A stretch of 64,000 nt of DNA from Paraspadella gotoi (Eukaryota > Animalia > Chaetognatha). The stretch covers positions 8,049,063-8,113,062 of the forward strand of contig CM119270.1 in the NCBI GenBank assembly GCA_051294375.1, written 5' to 3'. Below are positions 43,730 through 57,386 of the stretch, one piece after another. Positions within the stretch are counted from its first letter, which is position 1; each line of letters begins with the position of its first letter. The position numbers and the translations under genes are program-made. The notes beneath the pieces are model-generated. The model was not told where the DNA came from and did no database searches. It saw nothing but the letters and a program-made list of their open reading frames with translations.

Positions 43730-44415
43730 CACCCTTCGTTTGATGACTATTACAATAATTGTGAAACTTTCTTTTTAAACCAAATTATTTTTTAATAAAT
43801 TTTACATTCTTCTTAAAGAACTATTCTCGAACGCAGATTTATTCCACTGAAACAAAATCTCTTTTCCTTATCGCGATCTGATTGCATTTCTAGTTTACGT
43901 TTTATTTACTCTATTTACGTTAAATACAACCAAAGTCCAAGTATTTGAGCTTTCCGAGCAGGAGGAAGATATTCGACGAAAAGGAACGAAAAAGTGACGA
44001 CGACAACGACAATGAAGACGACGACGACGACGAAAACGATACCGAATAATAAATAATAAAACAAACCCAAACTTCTTCACGATATTTCGTTTCCTATTAA
44101 ATACAACTAATATTATTATTATTTTTGTTAAGAGAATTAAAACAAAAAACAAACTCGAGTGACTCTGTTTCTCCGAAAAGAAGTCAAATAATCGTTGAAT
44201 TTAAGACTCTTGGGACGAAGAAAAAGTCAGGGTCGACGGAAGGAAGACATTTCCCGAGAAGCCCGTCCCATTCCTGCCTTTCCCTGCCTTTCCCGACCCT
44301 GTTCCCCCCTTCCCTTCCCGATCCGGTACATGACTCAACTTGATGGCAGCGAATGAAAGTTCGGTTGTTTTCTTTTCTTTTTTCAATTTAGTTTTTTTTA
44401 ATTTTAATTATTTGT

Positions 44416-44476
44416 TTCGTTCGTTCGTTCGTTCGTTCGTTCGTTCGTTCGTTCGTTCGTTCGTTCGTTCTTTCGT

Positions 44477-44560
<84 letters not shown>
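44416..44560. repeat. Compound (TTCG)n-(TTTC)n microsatellite
   Basis: Direct reading. Confidence 0.95.
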
Positions 44561-45429
44561 TTTTTCTTCTTTCTTTTTCTTTTTATTTTTTCATTATATC
44601 GTTTTTTTCTTTTACAAAATAATATTCTTCAACTTCCGATGATGAATCATCCAACAAAGATTAAACTCTCCTTTCCTTTTTTCAAAACTAGTTTTTTTTT
44701 CCTCTCGGTTCGTGTTTTTAGTTATATTTTAATTAGTCAGCCGTAATTTGCCTCCAAATGGGCGCCTCTAATAATTCGCTAACACATCACACAAGGGTCA
44801 TTTCCTGTGACAAAATATTGAAAGAGTTTTAGTAATTTACAGACAAAGCGAGGTCTTTACGTAGATTATGAAGAGCAAATTGACTCGGACAAAATGACTG
44901 ATTTTTTGGTTCCACTGTTAGAGTTCAGTTTTCCGGATTACGTGTCGGGATATTCTTATGCTTAAAAAGTATACGACGATAAAAATTCTTATCGGTAACA
45001 AAGTTAAAAAGGAGTGAGAGAGAATGAGACACTAGAGAGCGATGAAAAAAACGGTGGAAAAAAAAGAACTAGTAAAATAGTTTTAAATCGATATTACTTT
45101 TGAAATTGAATTCTTACTTGATTTAAATTAAAGCTAATAAATAAATATAATGATAAAGTAGCTCGGTCATCATCTCTCTTATTAGGGCTAGCCTCACTCA
45201 GTAAGGAGGTTAAGAAACTTGAATTAATCAAACAAAAATTTAGACATTTTTAAAAAAATTTGAATAGGCAAAACAATTTTAATATTACCCCATATATTAT
45301 TTTTTTAATATTTATTTATAACTAGAAAAGGCTCAAATCTTTTTAAAGATTTTCTTATTTCTAAGATCAGATTCAGGTAGCTTGGAAAAGTTGTCTTAAC
45401 AAAGTATAATTATTTGTAATATTATTAAT

Positions 45430-45465
<36 letters not shown>

Positions 45466-46966
45466 TATCATCATCATATTTTGATAATTTTATTACTTTT
45501 TCTTAATTTTGACTAAGAAAACATAATAATTTTTAAAAGTTGTATTTATATTTTTATTTAACTTTTCATACTCTATCAGAAAAATTAGAGTTAGGATTGA
45601 TTCAAAAAATTTTAATCGCAATTCTTTTCCAAAAATAGTAAAGTTTAATGTTCGATTTTTGGAACTTCTCGCTTTTTTTTTCAGGATATACTCGTGCAGT
45701 CTTTAAGTTTTTGCCGTTACTTCGATGTTCATTAATAAATAATTTAAAACTATCCTTATATCAATATATTTGCATTTACATCTCTTCAAAATTCCCGGTA
45801 TTAAATTTTATTTAACTTCTTGGATCCGCCAGTCGCTCGCTCCCTTTTTCGCTTCATTTTTTTTCATTTTTATTCGATTTTTTCTTCATTTTTTAATTTC
45901 GATTTTCATTCGAATCCTTTCACCCCGTGGAAAAGTTTCGAGGTCGAAGCGAGAAAAAAAAAGAAGAGCAAAGTTTTGTTTTGGTTTTCTGGTGGAGCTG
46001 AGGATGGGATGTGGAAGAGGGACGGAAGAGGGGGGATGGAAGGGGCAAAGATGGGGAGAGGAAGGAGATAAAGATGAGGGATGAAAATATCAAAGGATGG
46101 AAGGAAGGAATTGGACAAGGGATGATATGAAGAAGATTAGCAGAAAATAAAGAAAGACTTTTTATTTTTTCATGATTTATTCAGCGTTCCATTTATACAA
46201 CGAGGACATTTCGTTCAGTTTTGTATATTTATCTTGCTTTATTTTTCTTAGCAAGCTCTCGATATAAACTCATCTGGAGAGAGTTTGCTTTTTTGCGACT
46301 CTTGGCGCTCTATCTCCCTCTCACTCTCTCTCTGTCTCTGAATACCTTGCCCCGAGACATGTTTCTATCAAAACCAGCTTCATTTCCACGACGGAAAAAA
46401 GTTATCGAACACAAATTCTGTGTCGCTCTCTCTTGCCTTTTCCCTTTTTTGTCTTATGTATTCTTGCCAAGTAATGACATGCTGTACATATGCGAGTTCA
46501 TAAATGAATAATGTTTAATAGTTTTAGAAAGAAAGAAATTCAACAGAAAACCGCAAAATCGCAAAATCTGTTTCACATTTTCCCACCGTAAAAGACAAGT
46601 TTCTTGTTTCCTTTCAACTTTTCAAAATAAACTTTGTAAAATAAACTTATTCGTCATTTGAGGAAAGATAAGTCTTGGAAAGATAAACTGGTGCCGTTTA
46701 TGGTTAAGCTGATTATAAAAGATAAACAATTTGAAAAAAATAATACAACGAATACAACATTCGTTATCGATACCCTCCAAAAATAAAAAATAAAATCCCT
46801 TAATGGGTGACGTCCTTGACTCTTCTCTGTTTCGACGTCCAAAACTGACGTTAATAATGAGGACAACGATTAAAACAAAATCTCTTTCCTTCTGTTTTTA
46901 CGCGCGGAAGGATTTGGTGAATCGTTTTCTCATGCGTTTCACTGGGGGGCGAGAATGCCAGGTAGG

Positions 46967-47017
<51 letters not shown>

Positions 47018-48152
47018 TCTTCTCTTCTCTCTCACCGGGTTCTCACGGCGCATGAGAGCGGATCATGAGAAAAAGACATCGACCAGACATGAGCTAGTTT
47101 TTTTTTCTCCGGGGCGGCAGAACGAGAGAGAGAGAGAGAGAGGAGAGAAGAGGAGAGAGAGAGAAGAGAGAGAAAGAGAAAAGAGAGGAGAGAGAGAGAA
47201 GACGGAAGAAGATGATGAGAGAGTAGAGAGAGAAAGTAGGGTTCGGATGAGGAAGAGAGAAAGAACGGATGTGAGAAAGACGGGTTAAGGAAAAAGGATG
47301 GGATGAGTAAAAAGAATATTTGACGGGTTCTATGCTATAGCTTAATTAATGAAAGAAATAGGAAAAGAAATCAAGTTAAGTATAAACGTACGCTTTGACT
47401 TCAGGATCTGATGCGAATATTTAAATCATCATTAGAATGCTCAGAATGCACGATCATGTTTTTGCCCGAAGAGCTTCCTGGGAGGCTTCCTCATTCGGTT
47501 AGCATTCGAGCCAATGAAGAACGGGGGTTGAGAGCCGGGGTGGCGGTGGGGGGAGTACATCTCCCCGGGCGTCAGGGGGAGATGTTCGTTACACCGCCGA
47601 CCGGCGCTGTCAAGAATATTTGCGGGATCCCATGAAGTGAAACCTCGAGTTGTTTTTCTTTTCAACACGATAAAAAAAAAAAAGATAAAAATGATGTACG
47701 AGCAAAACGAAAACTCGGGTTGCGACTCTCTCGGTCGGAAAAAGTCTGAATTTCTAAGGCTCAGTCCAAGAACCTAGGTCCGAAGTCTGAAGTCTAAAGA
47801 CTAAGGTTTTTACATCATGTAAATCGTCTTATATTGTTATAATTTTAGATAAGATAATGAAAAATTGAACGACGGCCCCGCTTTCATTCAAAATGTTTGA
47901 AGCCTCTGAAAATACTACGAAAACTAAATAGGCTGTCAAGAAGGTCAATAAAAACAAACTACTTGGTGGACTTAAAAATGGTACGAGCTCAAATCGAATG
48001 ACTTTGTCCAAGGACACAAAAAGGAAAAATTGCGACCACGAAACAAAGAAAAAAAATGATCGAAACACCAAAACATCGAGCCTAGAAATTCAAACAAAAA
48101 GGCAACGATTTGATCGATCGAACGAGGATCTTTACGATCCCGACGATCGATT

Positions 48153-48198
<46 letters not shown>

Positions 48199-48619
48199 CA
48201 GCGATTTGTTTCCAACTCTTCGCCGTCGTTACGGAGAAGCGACATCTACGGCGCAGAGATGATCGACGTTTAAACGACGCGAGTTATGATGGATTCAAGA
48301 AGTTTAAATGGCCGCGTCGTGATATACGATGAGGAGTTGGAGTTGTGAGTTGTGGCGGGGGAAGGTTTGGTTAGTGGGGAGAGGGGACGACAAACTGGCC
48401 TAAATTAAGACTTTTTGTTGATTAAATTTGGATATAAATATATAAAATATGGTTCAATTGAACTTTCGGTTTTTGATTTTTTTTGTTTATTTTGTTGAGT
48501 GGGCTAAGCAATTGAATAATTGATACGTATCATCTAATATATTTTGGATTAAATCTGGCGGGAAAGAACTTCCTCTATGGAAAAATGAATGAATTCGATC
48601 TTTCTGATGAGTCACTTTG

Positions 48620-48738
<119 letters not shown>

Positions 48739-51700
48739 AGATAATAGAGATAGAAAATTAAATCAGATTTAACAATCAACAAAGTCTGTAAATTCGCTGA
48801 AAATACCATACTTTTTACAATAGAGGTTATGAAATATGAACGAAGAAAAGCAAAATAAGAAACAAACAAAACCAAACAAAAACAAAATAAAACGGCGCAG
48901 CTCGAAAAACACCATAACGGACAGCAAAGGGCAAAAGCAGCCAACGACGATCTTTCACTGTCTTTCACTGTCATTCCTGACGTGAAACGAAATTTAAAGG
49001 AGAGACATGACGGAGGGAGAGTAAACAAAAAACTCGTCTGAGAGAGAAAAAAAAATAGAAAAGAAAATGTCAAAAAGAAAACAAAAAAAAGTAAAGAGAG
49101 AGAGAGAAATGGTTTGTGAAAAATGAAAAGGATGAAGAATTACCAACGCGCGGGGTCAAAAGTCGAAACGTAACGTGTTGCCAAAACGTGAGAGAAGTGA
49201 AAGAGGGTTTCGCGGGTCGAGTCCTAGTCATAAATGTATGTATATTTTAAAAACGAAATAGTCGTCTAACGCGAACCGTCGGCAGCTTTTAGTTCGAAAA
49301 GAAAAAAAATAATAGAAAAACAGATCAATCTGGAAAACAACAATTATAACAACAATAACATGTAAATTGTACTAAATCCGTTCGTTTTGTGATCTGGAAA
49401 ACGAATACGAAACCAATCGACGGGACATTTACGAGGGTGATTATGAATTACAGGGAAGGAAAAAGAAGACTACGACGACGAAGATAACGACGACAACGAC
49501 GACAATAACAACGATTATTTCACTCGATGAGCGTAATCATCACATCGTTTTACCTCTCACTGAGTTTATCGAGGTTTTTCGTCGAATAAATCAAATTAAG
49601 CTTATTTTCTACACTAAAAAAAAAGACAATCAATTAAACGTTACTAATCAGATCGTTTTTAAATAGTTGTACTATTTTCTTCTCAACCATACCCTTAACC
49701 CTAAGTAGAGCGCGAGTAATAGTCAGATGCATCGGCCACGATTTTCGGGGGATTTTCTTGAACTTTCTTTNNNNNNNNNNNNNNNNNNNNNNNNNNNNNN
49801 NNNNNNNNNNNNNNNNNNNNNNNNNNNNNNNNNNNNNNNNNNNNNNNNNNNNNNNNNNNNNNNNNNNNNNNNNNNNNNNNNNNNNNNNNNNNNNNNNNNN
49901 NNNNNNNNNNNNNNNNNNNNNNNNNNNNNNNNNNNNNNNNNNNNNNNNAGAGAGAGAGAGAGAGAGAGAGAGATTCCTCGGCGTCAGAGTGGCTCCGGGA
50001 CCCCGACTAAGCCGCTAATCAGTGCCAGGCCCCGTAGTGAGACACCTTCTAAGGGCAATTGGGTCAGGAAAGGGGTTACGAGGTTGGGCAGAGGGTTTGT
50101 GGTTGGGTAGGGGGTTGGGGTTAGGGATTGGGGAGACGTTGTGAGGAAAGATGATTGGGTTTGAAAAACCCAAAGTTTTTGGCGACAAAAAAAGAGAAGA
50201 AGATCGAAAGGGACAACTCCGTAAAATTGTAAAATAATTTGGTTCCGTCAAAGGCATATTTATGTGAAATGCAACATAAAATCAGTATATTTAAATTTGC
50301 ATCCAATTTGCATATTGCAGTACACAAAAAGAATCACACGATGAGAATATATTTTTTTCCAGCAGAAATTTAAAAAAAAAAATTTTGTGTAAATTTTGAC
50401 AAAAAAAATTGTTTACATCATTTTTAGGATATTTTAGATAAAAATAATAAATTTTTGCATTAACCACAGTTGGCTAGTTCAACTAAGGGCCTTTTGAGCC
50501 CCAACGATGAGCAACAGATATTTCAAATTTTATTTATTGAATAAGAATAAAATTCGCCAGGAAACTTAAAATGTTTTCTCGTTGTTGTCAATGACAAAAA
50601 ATGTTGGGTTCATGATCAAGGACTGTTTTTCACATGAAATCTAGTGGATTGGTCGTTTGAAAAAGTTTTGAGCTGCCTTTGCAAATTGATTTTGAACAAG
50701 TTTGACCACGAATTAAAGTATAATATATAATATAATAACATGTTATTATCTGAAATTGTTGTGAATGGAATGGTGATGAGAAATTATAAAAAAAAACAAA
50801 ATATAAAACGATAGGGAAGACCCGGCCAGACGACAAAAAAAAAAAAATACCCAAACGCTCGAGAAGAGAAATTCGGATTCCCTGTGTAAACAAACGGGTG
50901 ACGTTGGATTTTTTTCTTTTCCTTTTTTCCTTTATTTTCTTTCTTTTTTTTCCCCCTTTTTTTTCTCGTGGGCGAAAGAAAAAGCGGTTCGCGCGTGGTA
51001 ATTTCCTTCGCTGATAATTGGGGCGTTATTTCAAAAAAAAAAAAAAAAAATTCCAGGGGGAAAGGGAGGAATTAAAGGGGGAGCATAGAATCGTCGAGTG
51101 TTGGTGAACTATTAAGATGTGAAGGTGAGTGGGAGGAGGAGGAGGAGGAGGAGGACCGTGAAAAGATTAATCGCGCGTGACTGGTGAAGGAATAATATCG
51201 CTGAAAGAAGAAAGAACGTGGGTCGAAGTGATTGTGAAGACTTAGGTTTTAATGTGGCGGGGGGGGGCGTCGTTGTGAACAAAATTTCTATCTCTAGTTA
51301 CGAAAGTGAAATATGAGTTGACAAGAAACCCTCAAACCATTTCCAATTTTTATTAGCTACAAATTTTCAAGATCTTTTCCTCACCTGCGTCGTGAGACTG
51401 GATAAAGTTTTTACATATGTAAATATGTGTAGAGTTTATGAACTAAAAGTAAAATAAGGAAAAAAAGAATTTAAAAATATTGCCTAAAACGACAAGTTTA
51501 TAAACAAACGAGTAATAAGGCAGTAATTAAAAGCCACTAATTGTTGTAATTAAATTGTTGATATAATCGTTGCCCCTTTAGTTAAATTTTTTTTTCTCTT
51601 ACTCTCTCTCTCTCTCTCTNNNNNNNNNNNNNNNNNNNNNNNNNNNNNNNNNNNNNNNNNNNNNNNNNNNNNNNNNNNNNNNNNNNNNNNNNNNNNNNNN

Positions 51701-51983
51701 NNNNNNNNNNNNNNNNNNNNNNNNNNNNNNNNNNNNNNNNNNNNNNNNNNNNNNNNNNNNNNNNNNNNNNNNNNNNNNNNNNNNNNNNNNNNNNNNNNNN
51801 NNNNNNNNNNNNNNNNNNNNNNNNNNNNNNNNNNNNNNNNNNNNNNNNNNNNNNNNNNNNNNNCGCCATAAAGTTGAAAAAGAGAAAAGAGGGAATCCTT
51901 CAGAAATAGAAAAATTACCTCATCTAAATCGAATTAGCGAAGAAAGAAGAAAAGATACAACATCAAAAAACATTGAAATAAAC

Positions 51984-52032
<49 letters not shown>

Positions 52033-53929
52033 CAGAGAGAGAGATGAGAGAGAGAGAGAGAGAGAAGTAAGAGGATGGAGAATGATATAGAATCGCTCGA
52101 AATAATCATTCGTTTTGCAGAAGCACCGAGACGAAACAAAGAACAGTCTTCAGTTTTCGCTCTACTCCAGAAATATATTTTTTTTTTTTTCTTATTTATT
52201 TTATATATATGTATTTTGTGTAAATTCGATGAGTCACGCTTGTGATTTGCTCGACTCAATGCTCCTTCCTCCCCCACCCTCAGCACTTTGCCCACTGGCA
52301 CCCCTACGTGCCCCTTCGCCTCATCACCCTTTGCCATTCGGGCGTAGGAAAAGAATATTTTCCCCTGGTGAAGCACCAATGAATTTAAAAAAAATGGAAT
52401 GAAGTCACAAAGCAGAACGATTCGTGAAGGTCCTCTCTCTCCTCTCCATCTCTTCTCGCTCTCCTCGTCTCTCTCTCTCTCTCTCTCTCTCCTCTCGTCT
52501 TCTCTCCGTCTCCTCCGTCCTCGTCTCTCCTATCTCTTTCTCTCTAGTGCTATTTCCCCTCGTTCTTGTTTTGTTTACTTCCCATCGTACATGTGTTATT
52601 TTTCAATCTTTGCGTCCGGTCGGTAACGTATTACTTCTTCGCTTTCTTTCTTTCTTTCTTTATTTTCCTTTCTTTTCCCTTTCTTCTCTTTTCTTTCTTA
52701 TTTATTATTTTTACGTTTATGTGCTTTTCGTTTCTTGTTTGCTTGTTGGTGCTTATTTTTTTCTTTGATGGCATTTTCTTTGAGATTTGTTTTGCATTCG
52801 AGGGGCGGGGGCATGTTGTGCGGTGATCTCTGGTGTTTTGTTCCGTTCTTGTCTTTCGTTTTGTGTGTGGTGTAGCATGTCTTTTTAATTTGTATTTTGT
52901 TCGCTTTCTTGTTGTAGTTTTTATTATTGGTATTGTTTGTTGTTTATGTGTTGCTTTTTCTTATAGTTGTGGTTTATTGTTGTTGTGGTTTTGGGTATAT
53001 CTTGTCAATCACCCACACCTTTATTGTCTTTTTATAATATAGAAAAAACAAAAAGAAAAAAAATAAATAAAAAAAATTAATTTAGTCCAAGGTAACTAAA
53101 GTTGAATACCCATTTAAGTGTGAAATGAATCTCCTCCCATTCCAGAATGTTTTTTCATTTTGTGCATTCAAATAGATATAGGATAGATATTTCACATATT
53201 TAGCACAATGATTTTTATAATAATAAAACCAATATACTAATATATCTCACACAATAGCGCCATCACTATCAACAGCGATTAAAACTACCAAACGACCATT
53301 TTATTCCACCTCTTGCAACAAAGTGGAGAGTCACATGCATTCAGCATTCAAATCCTCTTCGTTCCTTGTCCCGTCTCTACTATGGTAGTGATGAGTGTCC
53401 CGGCGAAGAAAACGGCGGTTGGCGAAAAACTCAAGTGGCATCTTACCTTCGGTAGAATAATAACGAGGCGGAGACCCAAGTAAAGTACTCGATTCGCATA
53501 TAATACGACTTCTCACTGCCTCTGGATGAAGCCCAGTAGGGAAAGAAAGTTGGAATAAAGATATATGGTCAAGTACGAGTCTTTAAAATGAATCAACTAT
53601 CGTTTACTGTTTCTGTTGCGTTTTTAAAGTAATTTAGGTTACGTACGTTGTGTAGCGGAATTACGTTTAAATTTAGTTGGTGTCACTTCAATATCTTTCG
53701 TGGGTCATTGTGAGTCAGTAAGCCGCTTATCACTGACCATCCTCACACCCCCCCCCACTTCCCCACTTCGTTCTTCAATAGATTTGGAAACATAAACCGA
53801 ATAAAGTTCTTCAGTTCCACTTTAAAGAAAAAAAGAATATTTATTTCTACAATTATTTTGTTTATTTTATTTTTCTTTCTTATCTTTCTTTTCTTGTTCT
53901 TTCTCTTCTTCTTTCTCTTCCCCTCTTCT

Positions 53930-56545
53930 TGTCTTCTCTGACCACGTCGTCAAACGAACGCTATCGGTCCGGAATCTTTGACACGCTCCACTTCACTAAT
54001 TCTTTTTCCTTAGACTCGAAACGCCGACTCTTTTGAAGAGTGAGGAAGGATGGCAATGACGGGGAAGATGACGACGACGACGACGATGACGACGACGATG
54101 ACGTAGAGGATGCGGATGGCGACGATGAGGACGACGATGATAATGACATTGACGACGAATGACGTCGATGTCGAAAACGATCACTGCAATGATGTGGTTA
54201 AAGACCACAACGACGATTTTAAGATATGATCAGAACAATTAGTATAAATACAAGTAAGAACATCGCTTACGTTTATACTATCGTTATAGTTATAGTTATA
54301 GTTTGATATTAGAGATTATTACGATGTAAACATTCAAGGCGACGTCATCTGTTTCAAGGTTGACGACAGATGGCCCTTCTTTGTCTGGATCAAGATGTTA
54401 ATTACAAAGAAGGAAAACTGACGAAGGTTCGAGGCTACGAAGCGACGAACCCGGGATGTCAGGTAATGAGAGTGAAATCACTGTCACATTATGTCAGTGA
54501 GAAGACGCAGCCCGTTAAGTGATGAGACGAAAGTGACGCCTCTATTCAAGTTCGTGGATCTCACAGAATGCGAACTCATGGAGTGAAATGATTGTGATAG
54601 GAAGAACTGAAATGATCCAATGGGCAATGTGAAACTAAGTCGGATGTCGAAAGCGAAAGAGTAAAACAAAGCCTTCGTCGACGACGACGAAAACGACGAT
54701 ATTTAGGACTGTGATACGGTCGTCGACGAAATATATATAATTATATATAACGGTTATATTGCAAAATTTGTGGTCATGGTCCCACATTAAATTTTTTAAA
54801 TGATTAGTGTGACGAAGAACGCAAATGATTTATCTGGGTAAGAAGATAATAATTTTGATGGTTCAGTCATCGCGAAAACCATCGTCTACCTTCGTACCAA
54901 GTTAAAAAAGGGCGATCGAACGAACCCGGGTGGTCCGGAGACCCTAACCGAATCGCCCGATTGAGCTTACTGAGTTTACTCAGCGTACTGCCCTCTTTCT
55001 CCCCCCCCCCTCCAACGGGAAGTTTTGAGGGAGGAGGCGAGAAATCCGTCACGTGACCAGGTCCATCGCGTCACGTGACCAGGTCCATCGCGTCACGTGA
55101 CCAGGTCCATCGCGTCACGTGACCAGGGCCTTCGCGATGAAGAGGAGACGGTGATTAATGGCGACCAACGCGGCGAACGAATCGAGGAAACTTTTNNNNN
55201 NNNNNNNNNNNNNNNNNNNNAAAAAAAAGAGAGAATTTTCTCTCTCTCTCTTTCTTTTCTCTGACCACAGTCGTCAAACCGAACGCTATCGGTCCGGAAT
55301 CTCTTGACACGCTCCACGTTCACTAATTCTTTTTCCTTAGACTCGAAACGCCGACTCTTTTGAAGATGAGGAAGGATGGCAATGACGGGGAAGATGACGG
55401 ACGACGATGACGACGACGACGACGAACGATGACCGTAGAGGATTGCGATGGCGACGATGAGGACGACGATGATAATGACATTGACGAACGAATGACGTCG
55501 ATGTCGAAAACGATCACTGCAATGATGTGGTTAAGACCACAACGACGATTTTTAAGATATGATCAAACAATTAGTATAAATACAAGTAAAACATCGCTTA
55601 CGTTTAGTACTATCGTTATAGTTATAGTATAGTTATAGTTTTGATATTAGAGATTATTACGATGTAACTTCAAGGCGACGTCATCGTGTTTCAAGGTTGA
55701 CGACAGATGGCCCTTCTTTGTCTGGATCAAGATGTTAATTACAAGAAGGAAAACTGAACGAGGTTCGAGGCTACGAAGCGACGAACCCGGATGTCAGGTA
55801 ATGAGAGTGAAATCACTGTCACATTATGTCAGTGAGAAGACGCAGCCCGTTAAGGTGAGACGAAAGTGAGCCTCTATTCAAGTTCGTGGATCTCACAGAA
55901 TGCGAACTCATGGAGTGAAATGATTGTGATAGGAAGAACTGAAATGATCAATGGGCAATGTGAAACTAAGTCGGATGTCGAAAGCGAAAAGAGTAAAACA
56001 AAGCCTTCGTCGACGACGACGAAAAACGACGATATTTAGGACTGTGATACCGGTCGTCGACGAAATATATATAATTATATATAACGGTTATATTGCAAAA
56101 TTTGTGGTCATGGTCCCACATTAAATTTTTTAAATTGATTAGTGTGACGAAGAACGCAAATGATTATCTGGGTAAGAAGATAATAATTTTGATGGTTTCA
56201 GTCATCGCGAAAACCATCGTCTACCTTCGTACCAAAGTTAAAAAAGGGCGATCGAACGAACCCGGGTGGTCCCGAGAACCCTAACCGAATCGCCCGAATT
56301 GAGCTTACTGAGTTTACTCAGTCGTACTGCCCTCTTTCTCCCCCCCCCCTCCAACGGGAAAGTTTTGAGGGAGGAGGCGAGAAATCCGTACGTGAGCCGG
56401 GGGGACCAGTCATCGCGTCCACGTGACCAGGTCCATGCGTCACGTGAACCAGGTCCATCGCGTCACGTGACCAGGGCCTTCGCGATGAAGAGGAGACGGT
56501 GATTAATGGCGACAACCGCGGCGAACGAATCGAGGAAACTTTTGT
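53930..56545 (+). repeat. ~1.3-kb tandem duplication (53930-55195 vs 55255-56545) flanking an N gap
   Basis: ctctgaccac..gtcgtcaaac..gaacgctatcggtccggaatc opens both copies and gcgaacgaatcgaggaaactttt closes both. The copies differ mainly by small indels. Confidence 0.92.
55048..55127. repeat. 22-bp tandem repeat x4, each unit carrying the palindrome GTCACGTGAC
   Basis: GTCACGTGAC at 55048, 55070, 55092, 55114; degraded copy at ~56387-56475. Confidence 0.93.
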
Positions 56546-56746
56546 TTTGGAGAGGGGGGGCGGTCACAGTAAGGGGGGGGAGCGAGAGGAGACCTGACCG
56601 GAACGAGGAAAAGGGTTACGGGAAAACGACCGGTCAACTCTTTCTGAAATATCGCTTGGCCAAGGAAACTTCTGTTTTTCTGGATTTGCTCGGGATTTGG
56701 GAAGGATCAAATAATAAGTCCTCTCCTCTCTCTCTCTCTCTCTCTC

Positions 56747-56789
<43 letters not shown>

Positions 56790-57080
56790 ATGTCTTTTTC
56801 ACTCTGCTTTCTCGTTTTTCAATTTGATTTAAACCTCTGTGTATCCATTTCCTCGAGACGATATCAGATTTCGCTTTGGGATAATCGTTGTCCTCGTCGT
56901 CGTCGTCGTCGTCGTCGTCTTCGCTTTCTTCGTCGTCGTCGTCGTCGGAAAGAAGTCAACATCTCGCCTAAAAAGAGAGAAAGAAAAAAGGTTTTAGTCT
57001 GAATCCCTTTTTTTTTCTGGGGGAGGGATTCGTTGATAGCAGAGTCGGGGCAAGTCGAGATTCGATGCGTTGAAGGTGTT

Positions 57081-57386
57081 GTTGAGAGTGTTAGCGAGAG
57101 TGTTGGGCACCACCTCCTCGAGAGTGCTGGCTAGGGACTATTGGTTATTACATCTTAAATGATTTGACTGCGTGAGAAAAGGGAGGAAAAGGAAAACGAA
57201 AAACAATGGAATAAAAGAAAGAAAATGAATGATGTTGAGGGTGTTGGCGAGAGTGTTGGGCAGTACCTCCTCGAGAGTGCTGGCAGGGGACTTTCGGTTA
57301 TTACATCTTAAATGATATGACTGCGTGAGAAAGGGGAGGAAAAGGAAAACGAAAAACAATGGAATAGAAGAAAGAAAATGAATGAT
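57081..57386. repeat. 153-bp direct tandem duplication
   Basis: gttgag.gtgtt.gcgagagtgttgggca starts at 57081 and 57234; the copies differ by substitutions. Confidence 0.9.

Noticed and set aside
54424-54455. GGTTCGA B-box-like motif suggesting a tRNA or SINE
   Set aside because: No cloverleaf, A-box spacing or poly-T terminator.
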